Positions 39,821 to 49,481 of a stretch of 64,000 nucleotides of DNA are shown here, piece by piece. The translations under genes were made by a program, and so were the position numbers. The notes beneath the pieces are model-generated. The model saw only the letters and a list, made by a program, of their open reading frames with translations. It had not been told where the DNA came from and made no database searches. Each line of letters opens with the position of its first letter. The stretch's first letter is position 1. This DNA is from a virus (lineage: Duplodnaviria > Caudoviricetes): IMG/VR virus record IMGVR_UViG_3300014204_000111, positions 1 through 64,000 of that record. The stretch is one strand, 5' to 3'.

Positions 39821-40797
39821 TGACAAAAGAAATAGGTGATAGTCTCGGCACTTTAAGTAAAGAATTAAATAAGGAGTATGGAGAAGGTACTATTGTTGAT
39901 TTAGATAACGAAGATATTTTTGATGTAGAAACTATTTCGACAGGCTCTTTAGTATTAGATGATTTAACTGGTATTGGAGGAATTCCTTGCGGAAGAGTAA
40001 CTGAGATTTTTGGTAGTGAAGGATGTGGAAAAACTACAATTTGCTCTCAAACAGTTGTTCAAGCTCAAAAGATGGGCAAGAGATGTTTATATTTAGATAC
40101 AGAACATACGGTTGATTTACGATATATGAAGAGTATGGGAGTTGATTTAAAAACACTTATTTTTTCTCGTCCTGCTATCGGAGAGGATGTAATGACAATT
40201 ATTAAAAGATATGTAGAAGAAGATTTAGTAGGATTAGTTGTTCTTGACTCTGTTGCTCAAATGACTACAAAAGCTGAGTCAGAGGGAGACATTGGAGATG
40301 CTAATATGGGAGGAAAAGCTCGTTTAATGGGTCAAACTCTTCGTCTTTTGAGCAAGCCTCTCTTTGACCATAATGTTGCATTAATTCTTGTTAATCAGGT
40401 AAGAGATAAAATTGGTATTACATTTGGTAGTCCTAAGACAACTCCTGGTGGCAAAGCTCTTGCTTTTGCTTGTAGTCTTAGAATTGATATGACAAAACTA
40501 AAAAAGATAAACGGAGATAAGGCCATTCTTACTAAAGCAGAAATTGTTAAAAATAAGTTGGCGTGTCCTTTTGCTAAAGGAGAATTAACAATTGTTCTAG
40601 GAAAAGGAACAATTATAGAACAAGAGATGGTTGAAATAGGTGTTGAAAAGAATTTATGGACAAAGGGTGGAGCTTGGTATAAAATAGATGAAGAGACTAA
40701 ATTTCAAGGCTCTGATAAGCTTGTAGAATATTTAACTGATTTAAGGAGTACGAATAATGAATTATACAAACAGTATCTCTCCACTTGTAGAGGCTAG
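39820..40797 (+). CDS. recA: RecA recombinase
   Basis: ISTGSL, GRVTEIFGSEGCGKTT, DSVA, NQVR, TPGGKAL, KNK. Confidence 0.97.
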   Translation: MTKEIGDSLGTLSKELNKEYGEGTIVDLDNEDIFDVETISTGSLVLDDLTGIGGIPCGRVTEIFGSEGCGKTTICSQTVVQAQKMGKRCLYLDTEHTVDLRYMKSMGVDLKTLIFSRPAIGEDVMTIIKRYVEEDLVGLVVLDSVAQMTTKAESEGDIGDANMGGKARLMGQTLRLLSKPLFDHNVALILVNQVRDKIGITFGSPKTTPGGKALAFACSLRIDMTKLKKINGDKAILTKAEIVKNKLACPFAKGELTIVLGKGTIIEQEMVEIGVEKNLWTKGGAWYKIDEETKFQGSDKLVEYLTDLRSTNNELYKQYLSTCRG

Positions 40798-41398
40798 TAT
40801 GGGAGTTAATATGTTAGATATCGAAAAATTTAATAAAATTAATGATTTTGATATTAAAAACAGAATTGCTCGTATTGGTACAATAATTAACGAACAATTA
40901 GTAGTAAGAATGTCTCGTTTTTTGAGTGATATATATAATTGTCCTTTAAATAGAATTAAGAATGCAGAAATTACTAGTGCTAATAACAAAATAACTATTG
41001 AGCTTTGTTCTCCTGGTGGAAGTGCTTTTGATTCTATATCTATTTATAATATGTTAAAAGATGCTTTACCAAAAGAAGTAGAGGTTACAACTGTTGCGTT
41101 GGGATTTGTGGCATCTGGTGCATCATTAATTTATTGTGCTGGTAGTAAGAGATTTTCTACCCGTGGTACTAGATTTATGCTTCATCAACCATCTCAACCA
41201 GGAGGATTTCCTGTTGACAAAGATGTTTTAGAGAATCACAGAGAAGTATTAGCTTCGTTTGAAGAAGAGGCTTATTCAATTTATGCCTTAACTACAGGCA
41301 GAAAAAAAACTCAAATTCAGAAAGATTTATATAGAAAGGATTTTTACCTAACTGCTGTAGCAGCACTTGATTATGGTTTAGTAACGGATATTATGTAA
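40757..41398 (+). CDS. clpP: ClpP-family protease with intact triad
   Basis: SPGG, VASGA (Ser), MLHQP (His), RKDFY (Asp), YGLVTDI; start may be 40799. Confidence 0.88.
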   Translation: MNYTNSISPLVEASMGVNMLDIEKFNKINDFDIKNRIARIGTIINEQLVVRMSRFLSDIYNCPLNRIKNAEITSANNKITIELCSPGGSAFDSISIYNMLKDALPKEVEVTTVALGFVASGASLIYCAGSKRFSTRGTRFMLHQPSQPGGFPVDKDVLENHREVLASFEEEAYSIYALTTGRKKTQIQKDLYRKDFYLTAVAALDYGLVTDIM

Positions 41399-42312
41399 TG
41401 GCAAAATTTATAAAAAGTATAACAGATATTTTATATTCTCCTTCTTCATTGAAAAATTTTATGGAATGTCATAGAAAATTTTATTTTGATAAAACTGGTA
41501 CTCCTAAAGCTGCTGAAGAATGGGGTGCTCTTTCTAGGGGAAATGCAGTACATTCAGCAATTGAGAAATATCATAAAAATAACTCTGTGTCAGAGGCAGA
41601 AATGGCTGATATGGGGGAAAAAGAATATAGAAGAGAATGGGGAGTTAGGAAAAGAAAGGGAATCAAAATAAAAACTAATTTTACTAATGATATTAAAGTA
41701 TGTAGAAATATGTGCCTTGGTTATGCCAGATTTATTGCTCCTTTATTAACCGTTGTTTCTTCTGAAGCGGAAATCAATTTTTCACTTCCTAGCGTTTTTG
41801 ATAGTATACCTCCAATTCATCGTATTACAGCTTTTACCTGTAAGTTAGACTTAATTTGTGATGAAGTTGATGGTTATTTATTAGCAGATGTTAAAACAGG
41901 AAAAGATTCTCCAACTGATTTTTATATAGAACAAGATTTTCAATTAGAAATGTATGCATATGCCTTAAATCATGGAGATTTTCAAATTTCTAAAGGTGAC
42001 TATGGAAGTAAAACATATACTAAAATAGTCTCTCCTATTAGTAGAGATAAAAAAGTAACACAAAAAGCAATTTTAAATCTTAAAAATTTATTAAATGAGA
42101 ATGGAGAGTTACAATCTAAACCAAATATTAGTAAAGTTGTATATAAATCAGATATTATGACTGAAGATTGTTTTCTTAAAACATTAAATCATACTCTAAA
42201 AGAAATTAAGCTTTGTTATGATGAAGATTATTGGCCTAAACACGTAGGAAGCATACATGCAACGGCGTGTTCGTTTTGTGATTATCAAGAAGTATGTAGG
42301 AAGGAGAATTAA
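41398..42312 (+). CDS. RecB/Cas4-like PD-(D/E)XK exonuclease with Fe-S cysteines
   Basis: SPSS..ECHRK, GNAVHSAIE, KLDL, DVKTG, QLEMYAYA, CSFCDYQEVC. Confidence 0.88.
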   Translation: MAKFIKSITDILYSPSSLKNFMECHRKFYFDKTGTPKAAEEWGALSRGNAVHSAIEKYHKNNSVSEAEMADMGEKEYRREWGVRKRKGIKIKTNFTNDIKVCRNMCLGYARFIAPLLTVVSSEAEINFSLPSVFDSIPPIHRITAFTCKLDLICDEVDGYLLADVKTGKDSPTDFYIEQDFQLEMYAYALNHGDFQISKGDYGSKTYTKIVSPISRDKKVTQKAILNLKNLLNENGELQSKPNISKVVYKSDIMTEDCFLKTLNHTLKEIKLCYDEDYWPKHVGSIHATACSFCDYQEVCRKEN

Positions 42313-42313
42313 T

Positions 42314-42697
42314 ATGCAAGTTAAGGTTAGTTGTACAGTTGATGATAAATTACTTAATAGACTTTTTAGTCGTACTAAAAGTAGTACTTGGGATAATAGA
42401 TTAGGTGTTCGTCTTAAAGCTATGTTAGAAAGTTTAGATAAAAGTTTGGGATGTAATGATGGTATTAAATATATTGTCCCATTAGGATATGAAGCTAAGG
42501 TTAATATTTGTGAGGAGGCTAAATTAATATACAAAGCGGGAACAGAATTATGTATTAGAAAAAGGCAAGATTTTCAAAGTAGAACAGGAACCTATATTAT
42601 TACATTGTCTGTATCAATTGATGGAGGTATGACATGGTGCAATGTTAATTCTATTGAGATTATAGGTAAAGAATTTTCTGGGGAATTAGAAATTTAA
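42314..42697 (+). CDS. Hypothetical protein ending ELEI
   Basis: AAGGAG RBS before ATG 42314. Confidence 0.7.
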   Translation: MQVKVSCTVDDKLLNRLFSRTKSSTWDNRLGVRLKAMLESLDKSLGCNDGIKYIVPLGYEAKVNICEEAKLIYKAGTELCIRKRQDFQSRTGTYIITLSVSIDGGMTWCNVNSIEIIGKEFSGELEI

Positions 42698-42990
42698 TGG
42701 CTATTGACGATGATGTTTTAAGTAGAGATGAATATAAGTGTTCTTTTTGTGGAGATATTAATAATCTAGAAATACATCATATTTCTTATAGAAGTCATCA
42801 TGGTAAGAATAGTAAAGAATATTTAGAAAGTTTGGCTAACAAAATTACTGTATGTCAATTGCATCATATAGCCATTCATCATCATGATTTACGGGTAATA
42901 TATAGTGTCTTAGAACCAGACCGTCCATTAGTTGTCACTAAAGAAGTTTGGGAAAAATTAGATAAAAATCAATATTCAGGAGTTAATTAA
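42697..42990 (+). CDS. Small HNH endonuclease
   Basis: RDEYKCSFCG..LEIHHI..NKITVC..HH..H. Confidence 0.8.
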   Translation: MAIDDDVLSRDEYKCSFCGDINNLEIHHISYRSHHGKNSKEYLESLANKITVCQLHHIAIHHHDLRVIYSVLEPDRPLVVTKEVWEKLDKNQYSGVN

Positions 42991-42991
42991 A

Positions 42992-43402
42992 ATGCAAGAC
43001 AAGAAAATTATTAAGATGTATCCAAAGTGGCAGTTCGAAAAGTACGCTCGTTTACAGGGTTGGAAATTCGATTATATGGGTCTACACGAAGCTCATATCA
43101 ATTCAAATAAACTTCCAGATTCAATGAAGTTTCAACCAAGCTATTTGGTTGACCAAGATTTCAGTAACCAACTTTCTCCTCTTACTTGGGTAGAAGTTAA
43201 ATCCTGTTCTAAATTAGGTGTTTTAAAAATTCTTAAGAGTGAATGGGAAATTCATCAAAAATTTAATGAAGTTTGGGGAGTGTATTATGCTATATATCAA
43301 CCAGCTACTAAAGATTTTGCTGGAGTAATACACATTGCTGAAATTGAAGAATTGCTTAAAGAAGATGGAGATTATCTCGTATTTAGTATAGAAGATATTT
43401 AA
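42992..43402 (+). CDS. PD-(D/E)XK-like hypothetical nuclease
   Basis: QPSYLV..WVEVKS. Confidence 0.5.
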   Translation: MQDKKIIKMYPKWQFEKYARLQGWKFDYMGLHEAHINSNKLPDSMKFQPSYLVDQDFSNQLSPLTWVEVKSCSKLGVLKILKSEWEIHQKFNEVWGVYYAIYQPATKDFAGVIHIAEIEELLKEDGDYLVFSIEDI

Positions 43403-43417
43403 TCTAAGAGGCAATTT

Positions 43418-43618
43418 ATGAATAAGGTTATCGTTAAAACACTAGTCCCAAAAGACCAGAAAGAAATTACGTCATTTGATGTTAGTACGATAAGCAAAGA
43501 GGCTTTTGAAGAAGAGGTTGACCAATATGAATTTATTGGTATGGAGTACGAAAAGTACTTGTTAGACGATAATAGGAAAATCTTAATATTAGAATATCGG
43601 AGATTAAATGCCAACTAA
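43418..43618 (+). CDS. Hypothetical protein
   Basis: GAGG RBS. Confidence 0.65.
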   Translation: MNKVIVKTLVPKDQKEITSFDVSTISKEAFEEEVDQYEFIGMEYEKYLLDDNRKILILEYRRLNAN

Positions 43619-44012
43619 TAATTCTGTTCAAGACCAAAATACACAGAAGGTTCAATTAGGACACTTCATCCAGTTTAATGATAAGTTTGAATTAGGTAAT
43701 GAATTAGTTTCATTTGATACGTGTCAACTTAACATTAATTCTATCAACAAGACTCTTTATCTTTCTGTTAAAAAGGGTGATAAAGAGGTAGTAGAACTTG
43801 GCAAAATTACTAGATGGAAATTGACAACAGGAAATTTTATCATTAAAGGTGTAGGAGAAGATTATAGCTCTGTAACAATTCAGTTTGCTATGGCTCCTAC
43901 ACTTAACCCAGGATTAGTAGTTACTATTTATATTTCTAATCTTGAAATATTTTTAGATAAAGTAAATACTACTAATAAAATTGTTTTTGAAAATTTAGTT
44001 ATACCAAAGTAG
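43608..44012 (+). CDS. Hypothetical protein
   Basis: GGAG RBS. Confidence 0.7.
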   Translation: MPTNNSVQDQNTQKVQLGHFIQFNDKFELGNELVSFDTCQLNINSINKTLYLSVKKGDKEVVELGKITRWKLTTGNFIIKGVGEDYSSVTIQFAMAPTLNPGLVVTIYISNLEIFLDKVNTTNKIVFENLVIPK

Positions 44013-44020
44013 GAGATTTA

Positions 44021-44245
44021 ATGATTAATTTAAGTGATTTGAAGAAATTTATTGACGAAGCTTGTGATAAATTAGAGCAAGCTGGGTTTCCTTTAAATGA
44101 GGTAGATGTATGTTTAGATTATGAAGAGAGTTTAACTGACATAAAAATTAGTGAATTAAACTTATCTAATATATCTATTGTAAGTCACGATGATACAGAT
44201 GGTATGCCATACTTATCTATTGAAGTTATTAAAAAAAATAATTAG
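44021..44245 (+). CDS. Hypothetical protein
   Basis: AGGAG RBS. Confidence 0.7.
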   Translation: MINLSDLKKFIDEACDKLEQAGFPLNEVDVCLDYEESLTDIKISELNLSNISIVSHDDTDGMPYLSIEVIKKNN

Positions 44246-44253
44246 GAGGAATT

Positions 44254-44910
44254 ATGAGCGAAGTAGTAGTTTGTATTCCAAATGCATTAATTGATGATGG
44301 AATTCATATGGCAGGTTCCAATAAATTTCATGATTTAATGGATTATATTGGAGGATGTAGGTTTAGTGCTGTTAGAGACAAAACAGATAAAAGTTCTACA
44401 TCATTAGAATTTAATACATCTGTTAGACAATTAGTTGTTTGTGCTCTTATTCAAGACGGAGACGACCTCCTTATTTATCGAAGAAAAAACAAGACAGGCG
44501 AAAAAAGACTTGCTGGTTATTATTCTTTACCTAGTGGTCATATGAATGCTTTTACTAAAAACTTTCATGCTGATATTGTAGATGATACCTTAAGAGAAGT
44601 TACAGAAGAGTTGAATCTTACCCCCATTGGTCAAGAAGCTGTCTTTTCTCCAGAAGGAGCTACTTTACCTATGAAAGTATGTGCCTTATTTCAAACATCT
44701 TCACCCGAAGATAATGGCGTTCATTTAGTGCATACAGGATTGTTAATTAAAATTGATGTCACAGATAAATTTAAAGTTTCTCTTAAAGAAACTGGTTCTA
44801 TGGAAGAGTTGACCCGCGTTAATAGTAATAACTATTCAGAATATTTAAAAGAATGTGACTTATGGCTTAGATTAACTTTGCCTTGGTTTTCTCAATTAAT
44901 TTTGTTATAA
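44254..44910 (+). CDS. Nudix hydrolase
   Basis: RQLVV, GEKRLAGYYSLPSGHM, TLREVTEELNL, VHTGL. Confidence 0.85.
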   Translation: MSEVVVCIPNALIDDGIHMAGSNKFHDLMDYIGGCRFSAVRDKTDKSSTSLEFNTSVRQLVVCALIQDGDDLLIYRRKNKTGEKRLAGYYSLPSGHMNAFTKNFHADIVDDTLREVTEELNLTPIGQEAVFSPEGATLPMKVCALFQTSSPEDNGVHLVHTGLLIKIDVTDKFKVSLKETGSMEELTRVNSNNYSEYLKECDLWLRLTLPWFSQLILL

Positions 44911-44967
44911 GGATATTTAAATGAATAAATTAAGTTTCAAAGAAGAAGTAGTGGAGGTATTAGGATA

Positions 44968-45150
44968 ATGGCAGCACCAGATGTACAAGTAACAATCACT
45001 TGGGTTGGAGATTTAGTTAAAGGACAGATTGTGATTGATAAGACAATCAAGATGAATTTTGATATTTCTCCAATTAGTCAAATTGATGAAACAGTCGGGA
45101 AGTATCTTGATATTGTGACTGAAATTATCAAGAGTTTTAAACTAAAATAA
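44968..45150 (+). CDS. Hypothetical protein
   Basis: Operon packing. Confidence 0.6.
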   Translation: MAAPDVQVTITWVGDLVKGQIVIDKTIKMNFDISPISQIDETVGKYLDIVTEIIKSFKLK

Positions 45151-45551
45151 TGTTAGTACGCGGAAGATTTGTTATTGATGAGTCGGCTTTAAAAATACTT
45201 ATAGCAGAATTACGACCATATTTAAATATGGATATTAAAGAAATATTTATCGAGTCAGACCGTTGTGTATCTATTAAGACTAAGTATAATAAATTTGACG
45301 TTGAAATTAAACTTAAACCAATAGTCTATAACGGACATTTAGCTATTGACTTATTTAAAATTTTTGTTTCTAAAGGATTAGAAATATCTTATTTAGTTGG
45401 AGCAATTGCTTCAAGTATAAAGAGTAAATTTAAAAATTATCCAGTAGATATAGAGGGAACAAAAATTATCTTTAATACTGTTAAAGCGTCTTATTCTGGT
45501 ATTTTAAAAAAGGAGATTTTATTTGATGGCATCTGGAATATTGGTAAATAA
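45150..45551 (+). CDS. Hypothetical protein
   Basis: TAATG coupling. Confidence 0.65.
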   Translation: MLVRGRFVIDESALKILIAELRPYLNMDIKEIFIESDRCVSIKTKYNKFDVEIKLKPIVYNGHLAIDLFKIFVSKGLEISYLVGAIASSIKSKFKNYPVDIEGTKIIFNTVKASYSGILKKEILFDGIWNIGK

Positions 45552-46005
45552 ATTTGTTTATGATAATTTACCTTCAATAGGTAGATTTTCTACTCACAAT
45601 AATAATAGTAAACCTTTTGGTAAAGTAACTAATATTAAAAGTGATGAGGAAGGAAATTATATAATCAGTACAGAAATGAATAGTGGTTGGTATCCAAATA
45701 ATAATAATTGGTATCCAAATAACACTTCATCCACTAATTCAGGTAATCCTCCTTGGACATATCCATATGTGGGTCATGAACAGGTTCAACCGGGTTATGA
45801 TGATATAGTTAATAATTATACATGGCCTCCTCATACTCAAACATTAATTGAAAAAATATTAGATTTAGCTCGTTACTTACCAGGAGATGATTTAGAAAAT
45901 ATTATTAAGACACTCTCTCCTTCAGAAAAAGAAACTTTAAGATTAATTATTTCAAAAATTCACCCAGTATTAAGTAATGAGCCTATTGGAGACTTAGAAA
46001 TTTAA
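45523..46005 (+). CDS. Hypothetical protein with W/Y/P/N-rich repeats, ending DLEI
   Basis: AAGGAG RBS; WYPNN twice, PPWTYP, YTWPP. Confidence 0.65.
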   Translation: MMASGILVNKFVYDNLPSIGRFSTHNNNSKPFGKVTNIKSDEEGNYIISTEMNSGWYPNNNNWYPNNTSSTNSGNPPWTYPYVGHEQVQPGYDDIVNNYTWPPHTQTLIEKILDLARYLPGDDLENIIKTLSPSEKETLRLIISKIHPVLSNEPIGDLEI

Positions 46006-46946
46006 TGTTAGAATTTACAGGGCCGTGGATGGACTTTCCTATTCCATCAGAAGTTGTTAGAGACGAAGATTTAGAAGCAGCACAAACAGATTTAACTAAA
46101 TATGCTAAATTAGTCTTAATTAAAAGATTAAGAGAAAATGCTGATTATACAGTCTTTTTACCTAGTTTGACTTCTTGTAAAGCAATTGACGAAGTAAAAG
46201 GAAGAATAGGAATTATTTCTAAAACAACAGACCCTAATTTTTACTTAACCCAAGGAACCGCTGTTCTTGATTCTCTTATTTTGGGAGGAATCCAAACTTT
46301 TGAAATAGATAAACTACCTACAAATGGATTACCTACTATTTTATTTAAAGTTTCTTCTTTAATTGAGAATAATCAAATATTTGATACAGTAATGAATAGA
46401 AGAGATAAATTACCTTTGGTGTATTGGGTTGCTAAAACAAAATTAATGGATACGCAAGAGAAGTCTTTGAGTGATTTAGGCTTTGCTCTTTATGAAGAGG
46501 AAGGGAAAGAATTACGAGAAGCTCTTTTCTCTTATGGTGTTAATGTTTCTGATTTATCCGATTTTACTGCAATAGAGAAGTATAGACAAAATTTAATGTA
46601 TGTTTCTGAAGCAGATTATTATCAAGTAGTTCTTTATGATAAGATTGGATTTTTTGGTGCTTTAGGTGGAATTAGTAATCCTATTTATAGACAAAAATTA
46701 TCTCATTCAGCATTTATTACAGATAATAGAGCAGATTTTTATCCAAATGATATTCAAGACTATATATTAAATATTGCTGATAAAGATTATATTAACTACA
46801 GATTTAAAGTAGTTGATATCAATGGGATTGCTTATTTACAAGTGCAATGGCGTTTCCCCCAAGCAAGTTATGCTAAAAAACTTTTAGCAAGAAGAAGCTT
46901 TTCGCCATCAGAGCTTGTAACTCTTTATACGAAAAAAGAACTCTAA
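46005..46946 (+). CDS. Hypothetical protein
   Basis: 313-aa ORF, TAATG coupling. Confidence 0.75.
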   Translation: MLEFTGPWMDFPIPSEVVRDEDLEAAQTDLTKYAKLVLIKRLRENADYTVFLPSLTSCKAIDEVKGRIGIISKTTDPNFYLTQGTAVLDSLILGGIQTFEIDKLPTNGLPTILFKVSSLIENNQIFDTVMNRRDKLPLVYWVAKTKLMDTQEKSLSDLGFALYEEEGKELREALFSYGVNVSDLSDFTAIEKYRQNLMYVSEADYYQVVLYDKIGFFGALGGISNPIYRQKLSHSAFITDNRADFYPNDIQDYILNIADKDYINYRFKVVDINGIAYLQVQWRFPQASYAKKLLARRSFSPSELVTLYTKKEL

Positions 46947-46956
46947 GGAGAATTAA

Positions 46957-47661
46957 ATGTTAAAAGAAGGATTAAAACGTGGAGATTCTGGGGCTGCTGT
47001 TAAAGCACTTCAGACTGTAATTAATAAAACAGGATTAACCATTCTTAATGTGGATGGTATTTTTGGGCCAGCTACAGAGGCCGCTTTGATGAAATTTGGT
47101 GTAGGGAAAGTTCTTACTGCTGAAGCAATTAAACTCATTGAAGGTTCTGTTATCAAAGTAAAGCCTCAACCATATCCCAATTGGTTAGATACAATGCTTA
47201 CAATTGCTTTTGGAGAAATGAAAGCAGGAGCACGAGAGATTGGTGGTAATAATATGGGGCCGTGGGTTCGTAAATATATGGACGGTAATGAAGGGAAGGA
47301 ATGGCCGTGGTGTGCAGGATTTTCTTTGTGGTGTGTAAAACAAGCTGCGTTACCTTTTAAGCCACCTATTAAAGAAAAGTATTCTTCTGGACGTATTGGT
47401 AAAGAGGCTAAATCAAAAGGTTGGCTTACCAAAGATATTAAAAAGGTTTATCCTGGTTGTCTTTTCTTAGTTGAAGACCCTGATAAAAATCCTTCTCTTT
47501 ATCAACATACAGGTATTGTTGCTGAAGTTGGCCCAGATTATATAGTTACTATAGAAGGTAATTCTCGTATTCCAGGTGAAATTGGTGGAGATAAGGTCTG
47601 TAGTAAACATAGAGGAATAAAGAATCTTACATTTGTATTGTTGCCAAAAGTTTTGGCGTAA
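46957..47661 (+). CDS. Endolysin: peptidoglycan-binding domain plus CHAP amidase
   Basis: LKRGDSGAAVKALQ..VDGIFGPATEAA; WPWCAGF, HTGIV, TIEGN. Confidence 0.9.
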   Translation: MLKEGLKRGDSGAAVKALQTVINKTGLTILNVDGIFGPATEAALMKFGVGKVLTAEAIKLIEGSVIKVKPQPYPNWLDTMLTIAFGEMKAGAREIGGNNMGPWVRKYMDGNEGKEWPWCAGFSLWCVKQAALPFKPPIKEKYSSGRIGKEAKSKGWLTKDIKKVYPGCLFLVEDPDKNPSLYQHTGIVAEVGPDYIVTIEGNSRIPGEIGGDKVCSKHRGIKNLTFVLLPKVLA

Positions 47662-47670
47662 GGTAATTCT

Positions 47671-48288
47671 ATGGGTAAAGAATGTCCTAAATGTAAAACA
47701 TACAAAGAAGATGTAGAATTTCATAAAAATAGTTCATCGAAAAATGGTTTATCTTCTTATTGTAAAGTGTGTAGACATAATATGGATAAAGAGCGCCAAT
47801 TATATTTTGACCAAAGAAAAGATATAAAAAAGTCATATGACCAAGAACGTCAAAATAATGATAGAGAAGTTATTAACGAACAGCATAGACAATATTATAG
47901 AAGAAATAAAGAGCAAATAAAAATTAAACATAAGGATTATTATGATAGTAACAAAGATATAATAAATGATAAGAAAAGAATATCTCATATAGAAACAAGT
48001 TATCAAATCTTTCTTTTAAAAGATAAGTTTATAAGGTTAAAAGGAGGTGAATGCGAACATTGTGGATTAATTTATGATATTTATAATTATCCTTCTTTTG
48101 AATTTCATCATATTGACCCCAAAATAAAGGAATTTGAAATTAGTAGAATGGGGTTATCCGCACATTCTTATGAAAAGCAGAGAGAGGAAATAAGTAAATG
48201 TTTATTATTATGTTCTAATTGTCACAGAATATTGCATTCTGTTAATGCTAAAAGTAATATAGAAAAATTCTTTAAGGAGAATAATTAA
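47671..48288 (+). CDS. HNH homing endonuclease
   Basis: N-terminal CPKC..CKVC; CEHCG..FEFHHIDP..EISKCLLLCSNCHRILH. Confidence 0.88.
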   Translation: MGKECPKCKTYKEDVEFHKNSSSKNGLSSYCKVCRHNMDKERQLYFDQRKDIKKSYDQERQNNDREVINEQHRQYYRRNKEQIKIKHKDYYDSNKDIINDKKRISHIETSYQIFLLKDKFIRLKGGECEHCGLIYDIYNYPSFEFHHIDPKIKEFEISRMGLSAHSYEKQREEISKCLLLCSNCHRILHSVNAKSNIEKFFKENN

Positions 48289-48660
48289 ATGGAAGATGTA
48301 AAAGTTGGGCAAGAATTAACAGTTGAACCAGAGCCAACAAGGGGCTTCATTACAGAAGAGATTACTACGGAGTTTAGAACCAAATTGGTTGCTCTTATGG
48401 ACGAATATGGAGCAAAGGATTTTGTGGGCGCAGTAGATAACGTGGAAGATACTTTATTTCAGGGTGTTGTAGTATCACATACTACTTCTCGTAAATATCT
48501 TGTTTCTATTGGGCGTTTTATTTTGAATATTGCTCAGATTCCTGGCCCTAAAATTGATAAGTTTTTAGCTGAATATTTTGAAGAAGAAGCAAAAATCTTT
48601 GCGGAAAAAGAGCGTATGGAAAAGGAACAAAATGAAGCACAGAGCGAAAAAAGTAATTAA
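48289..48660 (+). CDS. Hypothetical protein
   Basis: AAGGAG RBS. Confidence 0.7.
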   Translation: MEDVKVGQELTVEPEPTRGFITEEITTEFRTKLVALMDEYGAKDFVGAVDNVEDTLFQGVVVSHTTSRKYLVSIGRFILNIAQIPGPKIDKFLAEYFEEEAKIFAEKERMEKEQNEAQSEKSN

Positions 48661-48922
48661 TCTTGTTTTGCCACTTTTAGCAGGAGCAATAACATATTAC
48701 TTTTTTCCAACAACCTATATTTTGATAGGAGTTATTGTTGTAGGTATGTATCTTTATGGATATTTTACCTACAACATTGGTTTTGATGAAGGTGTATATA
48801 TGGGAATTGCAAGTACTTCTAAAAGATGGAGTCAAGGAATCAAATCACAATTGGGAGCAATACCCAATTTCAACACCTTGCCTAAAGGAAACAAAAGTAT
48901 AAAGGAAGAATGGGATGCCTAA
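48632..48922 (+). CDS. Small membrane protein with two hydrophobic segments
   Basis: AAGGA RBS before ATG 48632. Confidence 0.6.
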   Translation: MKHRAKKVINLVLPLLAGAITYYFFPTTYILIGVIVVGMYLYGYFTYNIGFDEGVYMGIASTSKRWSQGIKSQLGAIPNFNTLPKGNKSIKEEWDA

Positions 48923-49481
48923 ACAACAAGTAATTGTACCAGAGGGGTTTGAACCATTTGATTTTGGAATAGACCTTATATTAAACCAAAGTGAGTATGA
49001 ATCCGGTGCTCTTCATCTTCATTTTAAACCCAGACTTATTGCTACATTAATAAATCCTTTTGTTCTTGAGAGAACTGGTAATATGATGGACTTACTTGCA
49101 GGACAATTTACTGAAGATGGTAAAGCAATGTCTAATACAGACTTTGGAAAAGAAATGGATAAGGCTTTAGGAGATGTTTCTTCTGAGGCTGGAACTCTGT
49201 CTGCGGGGACTGAATTAAATGTCTTCGGAGTTATTGGGGTATTTTCTGGAGAGCATTATGTTGCTAATAAACTAGGTTCTATTGAAAACGCCGTTGTTAT
49301 TGGTACTCCTACATTCTCCAAAACAATCACCATGATTCCTGCTTGTGAATGTATGGTTGATTGGGCTGTTATAAATGGTAGTGGAATCATGGTGACAGAT
49401 ATTACTGTACAACAATTAGTCGATAGATTTTACATGGAAAGAACGAAAGGTGCATCAGAGCGAAGAATTTCTGTCTATTAA
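48915..49481 (+). CDS. Hypothetical protein
   Basis: Overlap coupling. Confidence 0.7.
   Translation: MPKQQVIVPEGFEPFDFGIDLILNQSEYESGALHLHFKPRLIATLINPFVLERTGNMMDLLAGQFTEDGKAMSNTDFGKEMDKALGDVSSEAGTLSAGTELNVFGVIGVFSGEHYVANKLGSIENAVVIGTPTFSKTITMIPACECMVDWAVINGSGIMVTDITVQQLVDRFYMERTKGASERRISVY

Noticed and set aside
3003-40797. Inteins or introns in nrdJ, dnaE, dnaB, recA
   Set aside because: No intein splice motifs, LAGLIDADG blocks or length excess; the gene between the nrdJ parts lacks endonuclease motifs and non-coding flanks.
41398-42312. Cas4-like gene as a sign of CRISPR-Cas
   Set aside because: No repeat-spacer array or other cas genes; context is phage recombination.
48632-48922. Holin call for the two-TM protein near the endolysin
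   Set aside because: Only hydrophobicity and proximity support it.
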